A DNA stretch of 62,199 nt, filler included. It is 7 parts of 7 records of this genome, joined end to end, with 100 filler letters (N's around TTAATTAATTAA, not from the genome) between each part and the next. Parts side by side here need not be neighbours in the genome. Positions count along the whole stretch, not along the records: positions 39,173 to 44,514 come from SRR2962707_2271; positions 44,615 to 50,688 come from SRR2962707_2274; positions 50,789 to 56,638 come from SRR2962707_2279; 4 more parts are not named here. One strand, given 5' to 3'. Positions 43,101 through 55,555 of this stretch are shown here, one piece after another. Positions within the stretch are counted from its first letter, which is position 1, and every line of letters starts with the position of its first letter. Made by a program: the position numbers and the translations under genes. Below the pieces are notes generated by a model. That model saw only the letters and a list, made by a program, of their open reading frames with translations. It did not search any database and was not told the DNA's origin.

Positions 43101-44317
43101 TGCCGTGCTCTGATACTGTGGATGGACTCGCGTGTTCTCTCATCGATACCGTGAGTTGGAGTCGGTACCGCTTCCAGTTCGCTGAATTCGTCGTCAACGT
43201 CCGGCTCTGGAGACTCAATTGCAGCCGCTGCAGGCCACAGCGATGCTGGATTGCCACTCGACGCCGCGTCAAGTCCCCGCATTGGTGCGGTTACAGCTCT
43301 GGCAGTAAGGCTGGCCCGATCGTTGAGAGCCTTGTTTGCTAGCCTATGATAGTATCGCTGCCCAAGACGATTCTTCTTAAATTGTACTCGGCACAAGCAC
43401 CGGTATATCGTCTCTCGCTTTGCCCGGGGTATGCCTAAAGTTCAACACAGTTCAGAAGAAATGGTTGCTAAACAGCGCTAGGGAGACACACGCACAACCC
43501 TTCTCAATTTTCAGTGAGACGCACCACGCCAAAAGATCGGCTCGAACATCGGAGAAGACCTGATGTCTGCATTGTCTAACTTCATGAATTCAGCGAGCCC
43601 ACCTGCTGCTGACCACATCAGTCCATTGACGTCGGTCATTTTGAAGAAGCTGAACTCACTTTGATACACGTCCTCAAAGCCAATGGGGACCTCGAATCCC
43701 AGAAAATCGTACTCACACTTCATGCTATCGATCGAACTGTGGCGCTGGGCGGCAGTCAAAGCTGCCCACTCACGAATCTTGATAGCTGAATCGAATGAAG
43801 GCGAGTACTGGATTCGAATGTAACCGTTTCCCCCAAGCAGCGGAAACCACTGTGGGTCGTCCGGTGCGTCCATGAGTTGCCGCACGTTCAAGTGAATGGA
43901 GCCGACGTGCCGTGGTTCGTTCCGGATGAGTCTTCGTGGATGGCGCTTGTATCGCATAACATCAATAATGATGACATTGTACTTCTCGTGTGTGAACTTG
44001 AAATCCAGGGCCTGGGGGAGGGAAAAATCTACGGACCCGCTGGTCAGCTGCACCGAGTGCTTTGTACCCCAGTTCTTCTCGCGGCCCTTCCCAGAACTTC
44101 GCATTTCGAAGTTGCTTCGCTCAGCTGCGTAGCTAAGGCTAGCGTATTTCGTGCCACTCACTCGAAGACCCAGCACGAGAATGTGCCCAGTATCCCCGTG
44201 AGCGTAACGGCCAACGAATTGTTCTCGACCAACTCCTCCACCACCGCTTCCACTTCCACGTCCGAAACCATTCTCAAATCCAGTTCCACGCCCATGTCCA
44301 TTTCTATCGCGGTCCAT
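40148..44317 (-). CDS. C2-like domain + TBC Rab-GAP + EF-hand protein, spliced
   Basis: C2-like HVGSIHLNV..PQWFPL; YDFLGF; spliced RGIPRAKRE; IELDLNRTF (Arg finger); GYCQSLNFVAG (Gln finger); EF loop DFNDDGSISFAEF. Confidence 0.82.
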
Positions 44318-44485
44318 TGCGGTCGGTCTGGCTCCCTCGGCCAGAACAGGAACAAAGCGGTTCGATCCTTCACCGCACTCTCAACAGCATTTTGCTGCTG
44401 CTGCTGCGACTGCTGCTGGGGAAAATCACGTCGAAGTTGACAGTCGCGAGGAGACTTGCTTGGATCTGCTCATGGCAGCGGTCGA

Positions 44486-44514
44486 GCAGGCAGGCAGGCA
44501 GGCAGGCAGGCAGG
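44486..44514 (+). repeat. (GCAG)n microsatellite at contig end
   Basis: About seven tandem GCAG units. Confidence 0.85.
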
Positions 44515-44614
44515 NNNNNNNNNNNNNNNNNNNNNNNNNNNNNNNNNNNNNNNNNNNNTTAATTAATTAANNNNNNNNNNNNNNNNNNNNNNNNNNNNNN
44601 NNNNNNNNNNNNNN
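44515..44614. other. Artificial contig spacer
   Basis: 44 N + TTAATTAATTAA + 44 N. Confidence 0.97.
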
Positions 44615-44745
44615 AACGAACCCGGGGGCGATTTCGAATTATTCGAAATCCAGAACTTGAAAAACGCCAGCTGACTGCTGGTTGGTCCCTTGGCAGGTGT
44701 AGCTTCAACGAGAAAAGAAAGAAAAAGAAACGAGCAGCTGAGGCG

Positions 44746-47700
44746 ATGAGCAGCTCCGCTGCTGCTGCTGCTGCTGCTCCTGACGCGGGGCCATCGCACC
44801 TGAGGCTGCTTTACAAAACTGGCCCACAGACCGACGAAAGTTGCCTCGTCGCCTCTGCTGGAGACATTCTCGTCCGTCTCTCTACAACAGGAGAATGGCA
44901 TCTTGTGATGCACATCAAAGACCAAGATAAGGAAAATGCGCCAACAGGGTACGTGCCCTGCACTTACGTCGAGGAATACCACCTGACGGATGTGGACTCC
45001 TCCGCGGATGATCGGTCCGTCCACAGCGCCGCTTCTCGAGAGGACGACTCCACGTCCGAGGCAGAATCCGTCGACGTGTCAGCCTCGACCAGAGACCTCA
45101 AGTCTGCAGCACAGCCATCAACGGCAGCTGCTGGTGTTGACAGTGCAAACTGTGCTCGAGAAGAAAACACGGCAGCAACGTCGACTGCAATGACAATAGT
45201 GAAACAAGAGAAACCCAAAGAAAAGCTCAAAAAAGTAAGGAAGCGGCGTCAACAGCCAAAGGGTGCGACCAAGCAAGAGCACGCTGCTGCAGTGAAGCTA
45301 GCCGTTTTAGCGGCATCGAAGAATCGCCAAAAAAATCAATCAGAACTCTCGCTTGCTACGGCCCAGCTCGCTTCTGCAGTCGCCAAGGCCCGTGAGCGAC
45401 GCACAATTGTATCGTATTTCGGGCTTCAAACCGCCTTACGAGCCGCGGTGGTTGCTGGAATGGCAGCGTCTGCCCCTGAAGCTGCTGCAGCCAGGGCGCT
45501 CGTGCATGAGCTTCAGCATGGCAACGCTGACCTGACTGGTGGCCAGCGTTACTGCATTGATTTTACGAATGTGCTCTCAGACACTGGAACTACGTTGGTG
45601 TATGCAGCCACAGATCAGCGCCTTGACGAACCTGTAGCTGTGAAATTTTGCCCGCGAACGGACGGTTTCAAACGAGAAGCTCATCGCTTTGTTGCAAAGC
45701 AATTGGCGGCCAGATTAAAGCGCAAGCGGAGGAAAACTGTCGCATATGCGGACGGTGCCGTGAACATTCGAGAGCTTTTGGACGCTAAAACGCTCGGGCC
45801 ATTTCCAAAAGCACTGCGGCGTGAAATGTTGTTGCAGCCGCCAGACCGCTGCCGACTTTCTCAGGCAATCGTGATGGACTTTGCTGCAGGCGGGAGCCTA
45901 CATAATTTGCTTGCCTCAACGACTTTTGCTGGACGGCAATTCGGGCGTAGCATGAACATTTTTTTTTCTGTTGCACAAGCGCTTTACAAGCTTCACGCCG
46001 CGCGTCGGGTACACGGGCAGGTCAACCCCAGAAAGGTTCTTCGAATTCGTCAAGACCACCTTGGTGGCGGCAACAGTGACGCTAATTTGCAGCTCGAAAC
46101 ACGCAAAAGCTTGTCATTGCGAGACTCTGTCACAGAGAGCAATTCAATTGATAGTATCAAGGAGCACAAGCACGATCTCGACAGTACAACTGGTTACGAT
46201 GATGGGGCCGATCACCGATTTGTGTTCAAGCTCTGTGGACTGAGTGCACAGACAAAGTTCGGCCATCCATTCCTGCACCCGCGAGCTGCTATTCAAACCT
46301 ACGACGCACCGGAGGTTGTCCGTGTGCTGTCATCGACATGTCAGACGAACCAAGTTCATGCGTCTGAAACACTCTGCGCACATCCAAGTCAGGATATCTG
46401 GGCTCTCGGATGTCTTCTGTTTCAACTTGGAACTGGACGCCCACTCTTCCGCCCAACAGGATTCGGATCCAATGACTTGGAGGACGAGGCTGACATCATG
46501 AGATTGTGCACCTGGACGAAACTTGAACAATCAGCTGCTTCCTTGTTTTTTCGTGGCAAGTTGGGGGTCACAGGTGACATAGATCGTCAAGAATGCAGCG
46601 AGTCTGATCGACAGGAAGTGTTGCGCTTAGCGCGAGCATGCTTGCAGGGGAGTGCGAGCGCTCGCCCAAACATCCGAGCCATTCTTCTGTCACCGTTGGC
46701 AGCCCGATTTCTGCCAGCATCTTTTGTGGATTTCATTGCCATTCAGCCCTTTGACGCTCCTGGCCTTGTGAGTGCACCCGCCAGCTGCAACACCCACTTT
46801 TTCATTTCGAGGCCGAGCTCCGCTTGTCGTTTACAGGTGAACAGCTTGGGGATTGCCCTTGAAGGGCTTGGCTGCTCTGTGTGGAAGCACACTGCGAACC
46901 AAGACTCCCATGTCAGTACAGCGATCGTGGACATAGGGCTGCGACCGAAGCAAGCTCGTGTTGGAGTTGCTGAGTCCGACATTTTTGTCCTATTCCTCCC
47001 CGCCGGAGCCGCTCACCGTGGGCTTTCTCGGGCCGCCTGTGTGTCGGAAGTGTTGTGGGCGTACGTAGCTCCATGCGTTGTGACTACCAGTGTCAAATTG
47101 TTGTTGGTGTGACCTTGCCTTACACTGTATCGTCTCTTGTCACTGTTGATGTAGATACGTCCTCAACAAAGCTACAGTTATTGTTGCCGAAAACCGTCAG
47201 GCCTTTATCGATTTCGAGCTCGACTTTTATGAGCGAGTCACACAACTGGACCCCGCAGAATTAGTATTGCAGATAGCACCGGCTCACAGCGCGGATCCGA
47301 GTGCTGGCAGTGAGGAAGGACCTGTCGCGCTGGCGAAGCGCGTCTTGCGTTTCTTTAAGGAGCGCACTGAAAGCTGTCCACCACTGTTTGCTGGGAAGTG
47401 GCCTGTTCAAATTGTTGCAGAGAATGTGCTGCGCAGGGCTTCGTCGCTTGCTGGTTGGGGCTTCTTACCGGTCCAACTGTCCAGTTTGAGCGCGCAAGCG
47501 ACTCCAGACGAATCACTGCCGGGACAGACTGAAATATCGATCAGTTTCCTGCATGATGGATCGTCTGCGGCCGATACAGCCTTGAAGGCTGTCGAGCGCC
47601 TCGCGAGTGACTTACACAGTATCATCGAAACCAACGATGAAGGCCCTGAAAACTCAACTGATCATGTCACGGTTGGTGCAGTAGATGTGTCAGTCACGCC

Positions 47701-50133
47701 TCTTCGCATCGTGGGTAATGACAATGAGGGCAACAACGTGAAGCTGTCTAGCGCTCAAAATATTGTCGTTGTTTTACATGACGACTTGACGCTATCTGCT
47801 GCCCTAGTTGCTCTTTCAAAATCGTACTTTTCTGGACATGTGTCTCGGCAACGCATTCAAATTGTGCTGCCTGTGCCCGAGTTGCCTAGTGTGGCCCCAG
47901 ATCACAAAGACCGCAATGGTCTGGATTGTGATGCCGCTATGGACGAGGCAATCAAACGCCTAGTTGATGCCAAGGCTGACGCTGGCGTCATTCGGTTGGT
48001 TGGCGACATAGGCCGGGTGCATCTCATGACTGAAGTATCCGATCCCTCGCGCGCATTGGTCAGCGACCCGTCCGTCGTTGTGTACGATGCACGGGACTAC
48101 CAGCTCGTACAATTGCTACATTCCTTGTTTCCCACTGCGAAAGGTGCACGCCTGCCAGCGAGCCGCAAGTCGGTCAAATCGCCGTTGATTTTGCCTGCAG
48201 ACCGAACACACGCGGTCGGCGCACAGGTCAATGAAGGTGAGGAGAAAACGCGACCAGTTGAAGAAGACCCTGAAGATAAGACTGCAGCAGAAGTTGCAGC
48301 GTCAAGTTCTGAGCGTTTGGGGGATGCACCTCAGCAAAGCGCAATGTCGGATGGCTCTAATTCAAAGTCGATGAAACCACCGCCACCTCCAGCCAAAAAA
48401 AAGGCCAATACCACCCCCATCACCGCTGGAGGAGCAGAGTGCGAGGCCAAACCGTCACAAATCACCAGCGAGGAACTTCCCGCGGTCCCTGTGCGCAAGA
48501 AGAAAGGCAAACTTGCCGATGCGGCTGCACAGCGAGGCCAAGTTTCGAGCACGCCAGCTGCTTCGCGCAGCTGTGAGTCACAGAGGTCAATGTTTATTCC
48601 CAAGCCATCTGCCGCTTTCTTCCAGGTAAGAAGCTGCTTTTGTGGTCAAGTGCTATTCATGTGACTGTCAAGAATGAAAATAGTTATTTGTTCAAGCGCT
48701 GGTTCAAGGAAGTCCGTTTTTACTGCTTGGTTTGCAGGTGATCGAAAAGCATATTTCCAAATTGAAACGTCCAGAAGAGTTTCAATACCTGCACATGCGC
48801 ACAGCTCTACGCGTTACGGTAGGGCGACCCACCCTGTCTCCATTTGAAAAGGCTGCGCTTAAGTATAGGCTGATGCAGTTCACGCCACAAGCTGTCCAAC
48901 GCATTGAGGCGTTTTTGACACGGAACGCAGCTTTCGAGCAAGAAGGCATCTTCCGCATTGCTCCCTCCCAAGACTTGCTGCAGGGAGCCCTCGCCACGAT
49001 GGAATTATGCTCTTCACGGGCACGTGTTCTCAGCGATGACGCGGCCGCGGACACTTTCCCGGAGTTCTTAGACATGCAGATTCCTTTGCCTTTTGGACGT
49101 GAGCGTGAGCTGCTCATCAACGTCGTCGCCAGCTGCTACAAGTGCGTTTTCGATCTCATTGTTTCGTTCTTGTATTGGTGTTGGCTGATACTGCTTGGTT
49201 TGTGGCTTGCTGATTTTACCTGTTTCGTGTCATTCTTGCATGACTTTTCTTGGCAGGTACTACTTTCGCCGCATGAGCATTCCACTCATTACTCCAGAAG
49301 TCTACACTGCCATGCGCTCTCTTGCGTCGGAAAGCAACATGGGCCGCGAAGAGTTTCTGGCAGGCCTGCCCCAAGTCCTTGTCGTGCTCCCTCCTCCCCA
49401 TCGCGTCTTACTAAGGCATACGCTGAGGGTCCTTCAAAGAGTGACTGAGTGTGGAGACGTAAATCGCATGTCCACAGATGCTGTTGCACGCATATTTGCG
49501 GCCGGTGTATTGCCCGTTGCGGAACTGGAGTCCGCACGTAGCCTCTCTGACATGCAGGATGACAACGACAAGCAAATCTGGATGTTGAAAATTCTCATAG
49601 ACGCACAAAGCAAGGTTGGTGTGCTCATCTGTGTTCGTCTGCCTGGATACGTTGTTACCTTAGTTGAGTGCCCACTCGCGTTGATTCTGCATGTTTAGGT
49701 GTTTGTTGAGATGGATATCCTGATTGCAGCACAACTTGCGGAGAACCCAAATGTGCGCTTAGCCAGTGATGATTCGATTAGTGAATGCTGCCACGATGTA
49801 AACCGCTGGCGGTTTTTCTTCCCGGAGGATGCGGCGGCTTCGATTGCAGTCTCAGGTTAGTTGTGTTTGGGGCTCCATGCATTCACTCACTCTGACTTGA
49901 AGCAGTTTTTAATGTGCTTGGTTTGTGTATTCTCTGGTGCATTTTTTTTCGACTGGTGGACACCACAATCATGTCCGCTTGTGACAGTCCCGTGGACGAA
50001 CAAGTCCAAAAAGTCAATATTCGAGCAAAAGTTAGCTGCGAACGATCAACGTAAAGCTGTCGCAAGTCAGTTCGACGAATTTTTGGCCACAGTTCGTGCC
50101 AAAATAGCGGAAGTTGAGTCCACGACGCCATAG
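44746..50133 (+). CDS. SH3-pseudokinase-TIR-RhoGAP multidomain protein (about 1616 aa, 6 exons)
   Basis: Exons 44746-47060, 47155-48625, 48738-49141, 49257-49614, 49699-49855 and 49988-50133, all GT-AG and phase-compatible. Motifs: GDIL..GEW..GYVPCTYVE; VAVKF, YDAPE, DIWALG; HFFIS..SDIFVLFL..CVSEVLWA; EGIFR, NRMS. Confidence 0.8.
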
Positions 50134-50688
50134 CCAATTTCGCTTCACCCCTCTCCTCTCCACCACGACCGGCGCCGCCGCCACCATCACGGCTTTTATA
50201 TTGTTCCTGAATATTACCATGTGAGAGTCCACCGAGGCGACACCTGTGACCGCCTGTGTGTATGTGCCAAACTACCACAAAATCAAACATGCAATATAGT
50301 TCTAAAAATTCACACCGACCCCCGTGTTGCAGCAGAGCAGCGTGACAGAGTACTGCAGTATCTTCATTCACCTCCGCCAACCCCTTGCGAAGCTCCTTTG
50401 ACGCCATTGGATTGAAAGAGAACGCTCTTTGTCAAAGGCGACACAGCAACGTTCCGAATGAGGAGCAATGTTTGATAAATACCGCCATGAGAAACAGCCA
50501 CAACAAAAAACCCAACCTCGCGAAAAATGCACATTCATTCGCCCACCTACTCGTCCCAGCCCACGGACCAGGTCATTCATGCATCAACCTTTTCAAGCAC
50601 ACGCCGCCTCCACCCACTGCTGACAGGCAGTCCACAATATTATATGGTTTCTTGCTCGCCAATTCTTCTTCTCGTATGAGATTGTAGA

Positions 50689-50788
50689 NNNNNNNNNNNN
50701 NNNNNNNNNNNNNNNNNNNNNNNNNNNNNNNNTTAATTAATTAANNNNNNNNNNNNNNNNNNNNNNNNNNNNNNNNNNNNNNNNNNNN
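50689..50788. other. Artificial contig spacer
   Basis: 44 N + TTAATTAATTAA + 44 N. Confidence 0.97.
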
Positions 50789-50937
50789 GAGTGAGTGAGT
50801 GAGTGAGCGTGAGTGAGGTGGAGTTCGTGACCGTGTGAGTCGGTGAGTGGAGGGGAGGGCGAGTGAACGAGTGAGTGAGAAGAGCAGCGCGCGAGGTGGT
50901 GAGCGAGAGAGTGATGAGTGAGTGAGCGAGTGAGTGA
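50789..50937 (-). repeat. Degenerate (GAGT)n satellite of the same family as 32673-33012
   Basis: GAGTGAGT runs including GAGTTCGTGA. Confidence 0.8.
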
Positions 50938-51495
50938 CTTCTTGACAACCCCCCTACCAGCAGTAAAATATCGTTAAAGAATCCTTTTTCAACAACAAAC
51001 GTCCGTTAAATAATACTTTTTAACAGCTTCTTACTGAAAGATTGTCTGGCCGAAGAAGCACAGAGCCGTCGCTCTCTCTCTCTCTCTCTGCCTCGAAGTC
51101 AGCGAAGTCGAAGCTGTTCGAATCGGTCGCTGTGTCTGTCTGTCTGTGTCTCTCATTGAAGCTGTGAGTGAGTGTGTCGGTGCTTGCTGACCGACTTGTG
51201 CATTCCTTCCCTCTGCTTTCCTTTCCGTTTCTCTCACTTCCTTCTGCTCCTTCTTCGTGCTTTTCTTGCGTGTTGTTGTTGTTGAAGGGTCGGTGCTGCG
51301 CTCCCAACCTCCCTCTTGGTTCGTGCTACGGTCTGTCTGTCTGAGTTTTTGCTGCGGTATTTCGAATTCGCACACTACGTGCGACGGGTCGCAGTCGGCA
51401 GCCCAGCAAGTTGAAGGTCGTTGACACCAAAACAACGAAGAAGATACAAAGCGAAAACAGGAAAGAAGCACAAGAAGGAAAAGAAGGAAAGCAGC

Positions 51496-54400
51496 ATGGA
51501 CGGTTTTGTTTTTGACGAACCTCCTGCTAGGCCTTCCACAGGCGACTTTCTGAATCGAGTGAAGGCTGACTCCGAGCGATTGCAAGCTCTCGCTTCCCAC
51601 CTTCGGTCGGCAACCGCCGACCGCGGTATCTCCGCAGTGGAGGGTAGTGAAGTCACTCCGCTAGTTTCTGAGACCGAGTTGGAGCGGTTGCTGAAAGCAG
51701 CGTTTAGCAGACGTTACGGATGGTCGGAGTTCAAAGCGCACCCTGGCCTGGCCAGTTTTTTCCAGAGCGTCAAGCCAAAGCTGAACAAGGCAGCTGATGA
51801 CGTCCTGGTGGAATTTCAGAAGGTCGTGGAGCCGTCATGTTTTGTGGCGGGACTCCTAGCTGTTGCACAGGTGGAGGCGGACGCGGCAGTGCGGCGGTCA
51901 ATTTTCAACTACGGAATTGAGTAAGTTCTTTGACCTTCCATTCTGGAATTGTGTCGCGCCTTTGCGCCTGCAATTGATCAATGGCTTGTTTGAATTCCTG
52001 GGACTACATGCTCATGACGCGATTGCACACATTTGTTTTTGCCCAGGTTTTCGCGCGAACGCGCGAGCAGGGAAGAAGCAGGACAAGAGGGGTATATTGC
52101 AGTGGTTCAGAAGATGGTCCTTGCTGGGCTTGCTGATGTGTGGTCCAATATAAGAAAAGATACAGCGAGAGGATTGTTCAAACAAGGAAAGCCGCAGTTC
52201 TTGCCAGGCCCACAAATCCACAATATCTTTGAGGAGCTTGTGCACTGGGTGGAGCGTGAGGGAGTCACTGGGAACTGGCAGGCTGTTGATGGTGCTCTAC
52301 ATGGCATCAACAGTATTTTGGCACACGAGTCGGATGTTCAGCACAAGAATCCTGGGCATGTGTTGCCTGATTACCTGTGGACTTCTGTGCAAGATCGAGT
52401 GTGTGCGCCAATGTTTCGGCATGGGCAATCCGACATCCGAGCCAATGCAGTTCAAATTTTCCGCACCTTCCTGACTTTCCCGCGTGCGCAAAAAGAGCGC
52501 ACGTTGATCCTCAAAACTGTGCTTTTATCGCTGAGGCCCGATGTCGACGGCATCAACCAATTGCTACCTGATTTTGAGGTTTGTGTGTCTTCGTGTGAGG
52601 ATGGTTATCCGTTGGCCGTGTTACTCCTGCGTTCCTGATAGAAGCGCATTTTTTCTGTGACAGGCAGAGAGCGTTCTTCAGGTTGTTGCTGCCATTGTCA
52701 GCAGCCCTGCAGCTGGGTCTAAAGCAAACGATGCACTCAAGCCAAACTCAGATTTTGCATTGGTTACAGCTGCGATTGCCGGGTACACGATGAATACATC
52801 ATCCATCGTGCGGCAGGCTGTGGCGGACGTGTTCCGTGCATTTGCGGACCTCGATTTTACTCAAGAGGCAGATGTTTTGCACGGCGCGACTGACTCTAGC
52901 TCCGTTGGGTTCCTGGAGGTGGTGCGTTATCTTTAATATCACTCGATTCTAAGCTTGGTCTTATATGGGCTTGTTGCAAGGTGGCGCTTCAGCTTTGGGT
53001 TGTTCTGTCCGTTGCACAGGTTTTGGCTCATCGACTGTTGGTGTGGCACGGTCATACTGGCAGCTCGGTTTCGTGGGCGCAACAAGAATGCTCGCTCCTT
53101 GTATTGGAAGCAGCTGTCGAGCACTTGCATCAGTACAATCCCCCCTTGCCCCAGCAGTCATGGACATTGGATCCCGACACCGACATTAAAAGCCTTGTAC
53201 ATGTGTGGTGCGTACTTGGCTCGAAGAGTTTCACGTTGCACTTTCGAGAGAAGCTGCTTTTTTGAATAAAATCACCAAGGCCCTTGTTGTACATACATAC
53301 ATGATGCTATTCTGTATGCGTCCTTGGTCACTGGTGCCATCGTGCATTTTTCCCGCAATTCTTGAACAGGTATCCACAGTTTAGCGTTGTGCCTGCAAAT
53401 TCCTCTTCAGTGCAGGCACCTTCCTTTGAGGACAGAGCACTACGCGTTCATGTACTGCTAACGCTTGCTCTTTGCGCCTGTGCCGAAGAGTGTGCCAACC
53501 AAGTGTAAGTGCACGGTGTCGTGGGTGCTTGTTCTGGGTATCTTGGCTTGTACTGCGGTTCTTGGACCAATGTGATGTGCTTGGGGACTTGGGTTTGTTG
53601 ATGTTCGAATTTGCAGGTACGAAGTCCAGCGAATTGCCACCCAAGTGGTAGAGCGATTGTCATTGTACCTTGTTTCCAATATTGCTGCAGGCAAGACCGA
53701 AGTTCATCATCAACTGTCGTTCTTGTGCGCAGCATGGAGTAAATTGACATCTCCACTTGTCGCTACTCCTGCTGCAAGGAGCGAAATCGCGCTGGTGTCG
53801 TGTACCAAAGGTCTTTGTGTCTCGCTCGGAATCTACTTTGATGTGTATCATCAAATTTGGAGCCAGCAAGCACCAGATCAACAAGAGGAAAGCGCAATCC
53901 GTGAGCTATCTTCTGTTGTTCATCCAAGCGAAATTGTGACTGCCGTCAAAGCCATCATAAGTTTTGCCAGTGGCGAGCTTGCTGCCGTGAAGCAGGCTGC
54001 TCAGCTCTCGCTGGAGATTCGCCTGGGAGTGGTGAACACCGTGGCTCGAGCAATCGCGTGCAGGCCGAGCCTCCAGCGAGCTTTATCAATGACTACTCGC
54101 GCCACTGAATTTTGCCGTAGAAGTTTTTTACAGGTACGAAACGTGCTCTTGCATCAGCTGTACTCGGAGTTGGTGAAAGGAACGCGAGTTTCATGCTGTT
54201 CCCTGTGTTTGCATTTCTGGGGTTCTGAACATACGCTAATGGACGTGTTTTTCGCACAACATTGCTCCAATTTGATTGGTTGTTATTCCAATTCAAGTTT
54301 ACAACACCAGATACTTCAGTATCCGTGACATTCAAGAATCGAAAGCTTGAGCATCACTTTCTTCGCGCTGCTCTCGGTGCCTTTGCGCATTATGCGATTC

Positions 54401-55424
54401 CCTCGGATCTGCCACTAGTTTCCCGACTTCTGACAAGTCCACATTTTGCATTGAAGGGTCGTGACGGTCAGCAAAACCGACATCATATTCTTCGGGCTGC
54501 CTGCAGATGCTTTGTGTCTGCACTGGGATCAGCACAGCAGCCCAAAAGTCAGGAACCTGCGGTCGATGGTGACGACACGACGTCTGAAGCGGAGGTGTTG
54601 GCCGATGTACCCCTCCCTGTCCCGGCAGGCACCACCCAAAGCGAACGGGAAACGGGGATTGCAGCGAAAGTCCTGCGTTTGCTTGTCGACACTTTGGCGA
54701 TTGATGGCGAATGCAACCCCGTGCGAGATGATTCCGTTGCTGTGGGTCTCGTCTGTGATGCACTGACAGCTGCCGCATTGGTCGCAAGAGATGCACCTTC
54801 GACGCTTGGACTTTCTTGCGATGTTGCGGAGTCGATTGTTGCCTATGCACTTGACCACATGGCTCTATTTCACCAAAGCTTGCAGGTCCGTTGAGGAACT
54901 ATTTGCTCGCACGCATCACTTTGTGAAAGTTGCTGGCTGTGCTCCAGTTGAACTGAATTGTTCGTATCATATTTTGAACGACAGAGTACTGCGGGCGCAA
55001 GGGCCGAGGAACCTGCTGACGATGAAGAGGACAGTGGATCTGACTGGGACGAAACAAGTAGCGACGAAGATGTGAATGCAACTCTTGCTGGCGCAGATGA
55101 TGGCGCTCGTGAGGCTGCAGTTGTCGCTTTCGTTGCAGAGCTATCATATGGGGTACGAGTGAACGCTGTTTGTCTTTCCAGAGCAGAAGCGGAATCTACG
55201 CTTGTGAGATTTATAATTGTCGAAGATCTGTGTCATTGAATTTATCCTGTAACTTGTGTTGTGCATAGGCGGTTGACTGGCTTGCCACGCGCATATTGCC
55301 GCGTCTGGCCGATCGGGATCGCCCCGCCCTTCTCCCACTTTTGCAGCTTGCCAAGCTCAGCTCCGTGAGTGACCGCGCCCTGAAGCTACGTCACCAGCAT
55401 CTGCTTCAGCGTTTCCTGCAGTAG
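51496..55424 (+). CDS. Large alpha-helical HEAT/ARM-repeat-like hypothetical protein, spliced
   Basis: Chain of same-strand ORFs separated by GT-AG introns. HEAT-like segments GLADVWSNIRKDTA, WQAVDGALHGI and DIRANAVQIF. Last exon 55269-55424. Confidence 0.6.
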
Positions 55425-55555
55425 TAGTTCAATTGGTTCATTATTTATTACGTGGCTTGCAACACTTTTTCAACCAATCCGAATCATCTGACTGTCGTTG
55501 CGAACATTCCAAGAAACTTGGAAGAATGCAGCCCTTCGTAAAGCGGTACCAAGAG

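Noticed and set aside
49883-50688. 3' exons of a minus-strand gene overlapping the end of the RhoGAP gene
   Set aside because: Some splice-like signals are present, but I could not build a consistent model or recognise a domain.
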